A DNA stretch of 45,942 nt from a bacterium (GTDB lineage Bacteria; JADJOY01). A program made the position numbers and the translations under genes. The notes beneath the pieces were generated by a model. The model saw nothing but the letters and a program-made list of their open reading frames with translations, made no database searches and had not been told where the DNA came from. Position 1 is the stretch's first letter. Each line of letters opens with the position of its first letter. Of the stretch, positions 41,037 through 45,942 are shown piece by piece. The DNA lies in the NCBI GenBank assembly GCA_046331705.1, contig JAXLQJ010000021.1, positions 62,001 through 107,942 on the forward strand, written 5' to 3'.

Positions 41037-42821
41037 ATGGGGCGCATCATTGGAATCGACCTCGGCACCAGCAACTCGTGCGTCGCCGTGATGGAGAACG
41101 GCGAGGCCAAGGTCATCAGCAATTCGGAAGGAGATCGCCTCACACCGTCGGTCGTGTCGTTCACCAAAGCGGGCGGGCGCATCGTCGGCATCACCGCCAA
41201 GCGTCAGGCGGTGCTCAACCCGACGCGCACGTTCCACTCGGTCAAGCGCCTGCTCGGCCGCCGCTGGGACGAGCAGGACGTCCAAGACCTCGTCCAAGTC
41301 CTGCCCTTCCCCACCCTGCGGGCGGAAAGCGGCGACGTGCGCGTGGGCGACGCCGCGGAGGCGTGGGCACCCGAGCAGCTGCTCGCGATGGTGCTCGACA
41401 AGCTGCGCGGCGACGCCGAGTCGGTGCTCGGGGAGTCGATCGATCAAGCCGTCATCACGGTTCCCGCGAACTACAACGACCTGCAGCGCACGGCGACGCG
41501 CACCGCGGCGCAGATCGCCGGGCTCGAGGTGGTGCGGCTCGTCAACGAGCCCACCGCCGCCGCGCTCGCGTACGGCTACAGCCGTCGCAAGGCGGGGGTG
41601 TTCGCGGTCTACGATCTCGGCGCCGGCACCTTCGACATCACGGTGCTGTCGAGCCAGCAAGGAGCCTTGGCCTTCCAGGTGCGCGCCACCGGCGGCGCGC
41701 ACCGGCTGGGCGGCGACGACATCGACCTCTTGATCGCCGGCCTGCTCAACGAGCGCTTCGAGAAGACCCACGGGTTCGCGCTCGATCCCAGCCCCGCCAC
41801 CCGCCAGCGCGTGATCACCGCCGCGGAAGAGGCCAAGAAGGCGCTCTCGAACGTGGAGGCCACGCGCGTCACGCTGCCGTTCATCGGCACCGGCCCGCAG
41901 GGGCCCGTGCACCTCGACACCGAGCTCTATCGCTCGGAGCTCGAGCAAGTCATGCGGCCCTTGGTCGACCGCACCTTGGAAGTGTGCGCATCGGTGCTCA
42001 AGGACGCCGGGCTCGAGCCGCACCAGGTGGACGAGGTGCTGCTGGTCGGCGGGCAGACCCGCGCACCGATCGTGAAGCGCGCGGTCGCGAACTTCTTCGG
42101 TCGCGAGCCCACGCGCGGCGTCGAGCCGGACGAGGCGGTGGCCATGGGCGCCGCCCTCATGGGCAGCTTGAGCGAGACCGACATGGTCGACCGGGTGGTC
42201 GCCGACGTCTGTCCGCTCTCCCTCGGTGTCGAGACCGCGGGCGGCCTGTTCACGCCGCTGATTCCGCGCAACACGCCCATCCCCACGCGCGCCACCAAGG
42301 TCTTCACCACCACCGCGGACAACCAGATGATGATCCGCGTGAACGTGTACCAGGGCGAGCGGCAGCGCGCGAGCGACAACCTGCTCCTCGGCGTGCTCGA
42401 TCTGGTGGGGCTCGCGCCCGCGCCGCGCGGCCGCGCCCAGATCGAGATCGCGTTCTCGATGGACAGCGACGGCATCTTGCACATCGAGGCGCGCGACATG
42501 GTCACGCAACGGGCGCGCTCGGTGCGGGTCTCGGCGCGCGGCGGTGTGTCGCCGGTCGAGCTGGAGCGCATGGTGGCGCAGGCCGAGAACGAGCGCGATC
42601 GCGACGAAGCGTTCCGCGCGCTCTCGAGCCGGCGCAATGCCGCGATGCAGACCATCTACCAGGCCGAACGGATGATTCGCGAGGCCGAGGACATCGAGGA
42701 CGACCATCGCGGGCGCATCCGGATGGCGCTCGACGACCTGCAGCGCGCATGCGACACGGCGCAGACCGTCCAATCGATCCAACAGGCGCACCAGGCGCTG
42801 CTCGAGGTGCTGCGGCGGTGA
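41037..42821 (+). CDS. Hsp70-family (DnaK-like) chaperone, divergent paralog
   Basis: GIDLGTSNS, TVPA, NEPTAAALAYG, DLGAGTFD, LVGGQTR and PDEAVAMGAA; substrate-binding domain present; no grpE/dnaJ adjacent. Confidence 0.92.
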   Translation: MGRIIGIDLGTSNSCVAVMENGEAKVISNSEGDRLTPSVVSFTKAGGRIVGITAKRQAVLNPTRTFHSVKRLLGRRWDEQDVQDLVQVLPFPTLRAESGDVRVGDAAEAWAPEQLLAMVLDKLRGDAESVLGESIDQAVITVPANYNDLQRTATRTAAQIAGLEVVRLVNEPTAAALAYGYSRRKAGVFAVYDLGAGTFDITVLSSQQGALAFQVRATGGAHRLGGDDIDLLIAGLLNERFEKTHGFALDPSPATRQRVITAAEEAKKALSNVEATRVTLPFIGTGPQGPVHLDTELYRSELEQVMRPLVDRTLEVCASVLKDAGLEPHQVDEVLLVGGQTRAPIVKRAVANFFGREPTRGVEPDEAVAMGAALMGSLSETDMVDRVVADVCPLSLGVETAGGLFTPLIPRNTPIPTRATKVFTTTADNQMMIRVNVYQGERQRASDNLLLGVLDLVGLAPAPRGRAQIEIAFSMDSDGILHIEARDMVTQRARSVRVSARGGVSPVELERMVAQAENERDRDEAFRALSSRRNAAMQTIYQAERMIREAEDIEDDHRGRIRMALDDLQRACDTAQTVQSIQQAHQALLEVLRR

Positions 42822-42933
42822 GGAAGCGACGCGCGGCGCGCACGCGTGCGTGGCTCGGGCCGAGCCGCGCGAGCAGCATCACGCCCGTTGGCTCGCGCCG
42901 CTCCACCTCACGCCACGGAGGCCCGCGAGACCC

Positions 42934-43440
42934 ATGATCGACGACGTAACCGGTCTGCCCTCGGAGCCCCATCTCTTCGAGCGTCTCGAGGAGGAGCTGG
43001 ATCGCGGCCGCCGCTACGGTCGCCCGCTCGCGGTGATGATGCTGGACATCGACTGCCTGCGGACCATCAACGAGGAGACGCACCGGTTGTTCGGAAGCTA
43101 CGTGCTGCGCGAGGTCGGCGAGCTGCTGTCTCGGAATCTGCGGCGCTGCGACACCGTGTTCCGATTCGAGAGCGACGAGTTCGTGGCGATCCTGCCGGAG
43201 ACCACCCCGGAGGGCGCGATGGTCGCCGCCGAGCGTGCCCGACGACTGATCGAATCGCATCGCTTCGAGTCGCCGCCGTGGGCGGTGCAGGTCACGGTGA
43301 GCGTCGGCGTCACGGGCTCGGCGGGGACGTCGGACGAGACCGCCCGCGCGATCGTGCGCAGCGTCGACGTCGCCGTGGACGCCGCCAAGCGCGACGGCCG
43401 CAATCGCTGCGCGATGGCTCGGCCCGTGGCGGCGGTCTGA
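42934..43440 (+). CDS. Stand-alone GGDEF-domain protein with degenerate active site (ESDEF)
   Basis: DDVTGL, MLDID, LRRCDTVFRFESDEFVAILP, VTVSVGV and AKRDGRN. Confidence 0.85.
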   Translation: MIDDVTGLPSEPHLFERLEEELDRGRRYGRPLAVMMLDIDCLRTINEETHRLFGSYVLREVGELLSRNLRRCDTVFRFESDEFVAILPETTPEGAMVAAERARRLIESHRFESPPWAVQVTVSVGVTGSAGTSDETARAIVRSVDVAVDAAKRDGRNRCAMARPVAAV

Positions 43441-43485
43441 GCGCGCCTGGAGTCGAAACCGCCGCACCACCACGCGTCGTCGTGC

Positions 43486-44640
43486 ATGCTCTCGCGTCCC
43501 GATCTCGAGCGGCGCGTCCGCGAGCTGTTGGCGGAGGCCGTGCGCGCCGGCGTCTTCCCCGGATCCGTGCTGCGGGTGGAGACCGAGGACGGCGACGTGC
43601 TGGAGGCCACGTCCGGTCAGCACTGCCGTGAGCCCGGCGCGGCGCGCGTCGCGACGGAGACCCGCTACGACCTGGCGTCGCTCACCAAGCTGATCGCCAC
43701 CACCGCGATCGCGATGCGCGCCGTCGATCGCGGCGCGCTGGACCTGGTGGCGCCGCTCGCCGCGTTCTTGCCCTCGGGCGCGCCGAGCTGGACCCGCGAC
43801 GTCGCGATCCATCACCTGCTCTCGCACGGCTCCGGCCTGGCCGCGTGGGAGCCGTTCCACCGGATGCTCTGCGACGCGGGTGTGCCGCTCGGCGGCGCCG
43901 AGGCGCGCGCCTTCGTGATCGATCGCATCCTCGCCGGCGGTCCGCTCGACCCTCCCGGCCACAGCACGCGTTACAGCGATCTGGGCTTCCTGCTGCTCGG
44001 CGTGGTGCTGGAGGCGTCCCTCGGCGCCGACCTGCGCACGCTCTACCAGCGCGAGGTTCGCGATCCGTTCGGGTTGGGACGGCTCGACTTCCGGCCCCTC
44101 GGCCGCGTCAGCGCCACCGAGCTCTATCCCGAGTCCGCTCCCGATCCACTCATCGCGCCCACCGAGGACTGCCCGTGGCGCGGCCGCGTGCTCGCGGGCG
44201 AGGTCCACGACGAGAACGCCTGGGCGCTGGGCGGCGTGGCCCCGCACGCGGGGCTCTTCGGCACGGCGAGCGAGGTGGCGCGCTTCGGATCGCAGGTGCT
44301 CGCCGCGTGGCGTGGCCGCTCCGCGCTCCTCGGCGCGATCGCCGTGCGGCGATTCTCGCGGCGTGCCACGCGCCCGCTCGGCACCACGTGGGCACTGGGC
44401 TGGGACACGCCGTCGCACGGCGAGTCGAGCGCCGGGCCGACCATCGGCCGCAAGGCGATCGGCGGGCTGGGATTCACGGGGACGTCGCTCTGGATCGATC
44501 CCACGCGCGGCGCCGTGGTGGTGCTGCTCAGCAATCGCGTCCACCCCACCCGTGCCAACGAGGCGATCCGGGGGTTCCGCCCGCGGATCCACGAGGCCGC
44601 GCTGGCGTGGGTCGACGCCGCCCGCGCCGAGCGCGCATGA
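43486..44640 (+). CDS. Serine hydrolase, beta-lactamase/AmpC-like family
   Basis: YDLASLTK (SxxK), LLSHGSGL, YSDLGF, GEVHDENA, HAGLF and GFTGTSLWIDP. Confidence 0.9.
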   Translation: MLSRPDLERRVRELLAEAVRAGVFPGSVLRVETEDGDVLEATSGQHCREPGAARVATETRYDLASLTKLIATTAIAMRAVDRGALDLVAPLAAFLPSGAPSWTRDVAIHHLLSHGSGLAAWEPFHRMLCDAGVPLGGAEARAFVIDRILAGGPLDPPGHSTRYSDLGFLLLGVVLEASLGADLRTLYQREVRDPFGLGRLDFRPLGRVSATELYPESAPDPLIAPTEDCPWRGRVLAGEVHDENAWALGGVAPHAGLFGTASEVARFGSQVLAAWRGRSALLGAIAVRRFSRRATRPLGTTWALGWDTPSHGESSAGPTIGRKAIGGLGFTGTSLWIDPTRGAVVVLLSNRVHPTRANEAIRGFRPRIHEAALAWVDAARAERA

Positions 44641-44661
44641 TTCCGCGCGAGGCCGCCTGAC

Positions 44662-45816
44662 ATGCCGAACCGCGAGCTCGTCTGCTCCTTCTGCAGCAAG
44701 GGCGCGACGGACGTGCGAAAGCTGATCGCCGGTCCGACGGTCTACATCTGCGACGAGTGCATCGATCGCTGCAACGACCTCGTCTCGGAAGAGCACGGAC
44801 GATCGACGGACGCGCGGGCCCCCGCAGCCGCGCCGCCGGCGGCAGCGCGAGCCGAGTCCGCCCTCCCCATCACGCTCTCGGCAGCGTCGCCCGGCGAGGT
44901 GATCCGTCCGCCACGGCTCCGCGAGGGCGACCGCATCGCGGTGGTGGCGCCCGCGGGAGCCTTCGATCCCGCGGCGCTAAAGCGCGGGATCGAGCGGCTG
45001 CGCGCGCGCGGCTTCGACGTGGTGCACCGCGCCGACATCACCGAGCGCGTGCGCTACCTGGCTGGCAGCGACGAGCGCCGCGCCCGCGAGCTGGAAGAGG
45101 CGTTCGCCGACGCCTCGATCCGCGCGCTCTTCTGCGCGCGCGGCGGTTACGGCTCGTCGCGGGCGCTCGAGCGCATGGCGACGCTCTCGGTGGGCTCGAT
45201 CGCCGCGCCCAAGATCGTGGTCGGTTACAGCGACGCCACCGTGCTGCTGAATGCGATCACGGGCGGCGCCGGCGTCGTTTCGTTTCACGGCCCGCAGGTC
45301 GCCGTGGATCTCGCGCAAGACGGCTTCGAGGCCTCGCTCGACGATCTCCTCGACACGCTCATGGGCCGTCGGTTTCCCGGTCCGTTCCAGGCCAAGCCGC
45401 TCGCGGCGCTGGTCACCGGCGACGCCGAGGGCCGCCTCATGGGCGGCTGCCTCTCGATGCTGGTCACGATGATCGGCACGCCCTGGGAGCCGAACCTGCG
45501 CGGTTCCATCCTCTTGCTCGAGGACATTGCCGAGCCCGCGTTCCGCATCGATCGGATGCTCACGCATCTGCGACAGGCGGGCGCCCTCGACGGCGTGACC
45601 GGCGTGGTGATCGGTCATCTCAAGGACGTGCGCGCACCCGAGGGCACGACGATCGAGGACGTGTTCCGTGATTGCCTCTCGCCGCTCGCGATCCCGGTGG
45701 CCATGGGGCTCGAGACGGGTCATGGTGTGCCCTGCCGCACGCTGCCGCTCGGCGCGCGGGCGCGACTCGACACGACCTCGGGCCAGCTCGACATCCTCGA
45801 GTCGGTCGTCGCGTGA
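44662..45816 (+). CDS. ldcA: LD-carboxypeptidase (peptidase S66) with N-terminal ClpX-type C4 zinc finger
   Basis: N-terminal [26 protein letters not shown], then Ala/Pro linker, then [25 protein letters not shown] (Ser), LEDI (Glu) and GHG (His). Confidence 0.9.
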   Translation: MPNRELVCSFCSKGATDVRKLIAGPTVYICDECIDRCNDLVSEEHGRSTDARAPAAAPPAAARAESALPITLSAASPGEVIRPPRLREGDRIAVVAPAGAFDPAALKRGIERLRARGFDVVHRADITERVRYLAGSDERRARELEEAFADASIRALFCARGGYGSSRALERMATLSVGSIAAPKIVVGYSDATVLLNAITGGAGVVSFHGPQVAVDLAQDGFEASLDDLLDTLMGRRFPGPFQAKPLAALVTGDAEGRLMGGCLSMLVTMIGTPWEPNLRGSILLLEDIAEPAFRIDRMLTHLRQAGALDGVTGVVIGHLKDVRAPEGTTIEDVFRDCLSPLAIPVAMGLETGHGVPCRTLPLGARARLDTTSGQLDILESVVA

Positions 45817-45825
45817 CGCGCGGCG

Positions 45826-45942
45826 GTGAGAGCCCGCGATGTCCTCTCGCCACCCGACCCAGACGGCTCGCGCGGTGAGACCGCGACGCTGGGTGCGTAC
45901 CCGGAACGGCTGATCCGCGAGTCCAGGAAAGGATCGATCGAG
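45826..45942 (+). CDS. Possible 5' end of the next gene (unidentified, truncated by the window edge)
   Basis: GTG at 45826, 10 nt after the ldcA stop, opens a frame to the window end (VRARDVLSPPDPDGSRGETATLGAYPERLIRESRKGSIE). No recognisable motif. Confidence 0.3.
   Translation, partial: MRARDVLSPPDPDGSRGETATLGAYPERLIRESRKGSIE

Noticed and set aside
39335..42937. 1200-aa plus-strand ORF
   Set aside because: Arg-rich shadow frame overlapping the real OMP, TVP38 and Hsp70 genes; expected in high-GC DNA.
43486..44640. True beta-lactamase resistance gene
   Set aside because: No signal peptide. GEVHDENA/HAGLF motifs and position next to ldcA point to an esterase/amidase-type serine hydrolase.
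44662..44790. clpX gene
   Set aside because: Only the zinc finger is present, with no AAA+ domain. The frame continues into an S66 peptidase.

Overview
High-GC bacterial chromosomal window with about 39 protein genes. Gene content suggests a Deltaproteobacteria/Myxococcota/Binatia-like organism (inference only). No rRNA, tRNA, CRISPR array or transposase was recognised. Most of the window is metabolic and envelope genes: a GH36-like lipoprotein, a B3/4 protein, a thioesterase, a CSLREA/TSP3 surface protein, a DGPF/YciI + ECF42-type sigma pair, an acyl-CoA dehydrogenase pair with enoyl-CoA hydratase, split pntAA-pntAB-pntB, tandem lipase-like lipoproteins, an Hsp70 paralog, a degenerate GGDEF protein, a serine hydrolase and an LD-carboxypeptidase. 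The standout is a translationally coupled four-gene operon at 12654-17287. It encodes a NAL1-like trypsin-fold serine protease whose C-terminal tail carries eight tandem Thr-X(2-4)-Cys units plus a short acidic/aromatic tail. This is followed by an APH-type kinase, a HopA1-like phospho-lyase and a stand-alone Zn-dependent LanC-like cyclase. It looks like a lanthipeptide-type system whose precursor is fused to a protease. It sits beside a protealysin-emfourin pair and a decayed, internally deleted duplicate of the upstream sigma gene. Other oddities are a ClpX-type zinc finger fused to LD-carboxypeptidase, a helical-repeat protein / pseudo-HD-GYP / Ser-Thr kinase operon, and a doublet of ~100-bp palindromic REP-like repeats.
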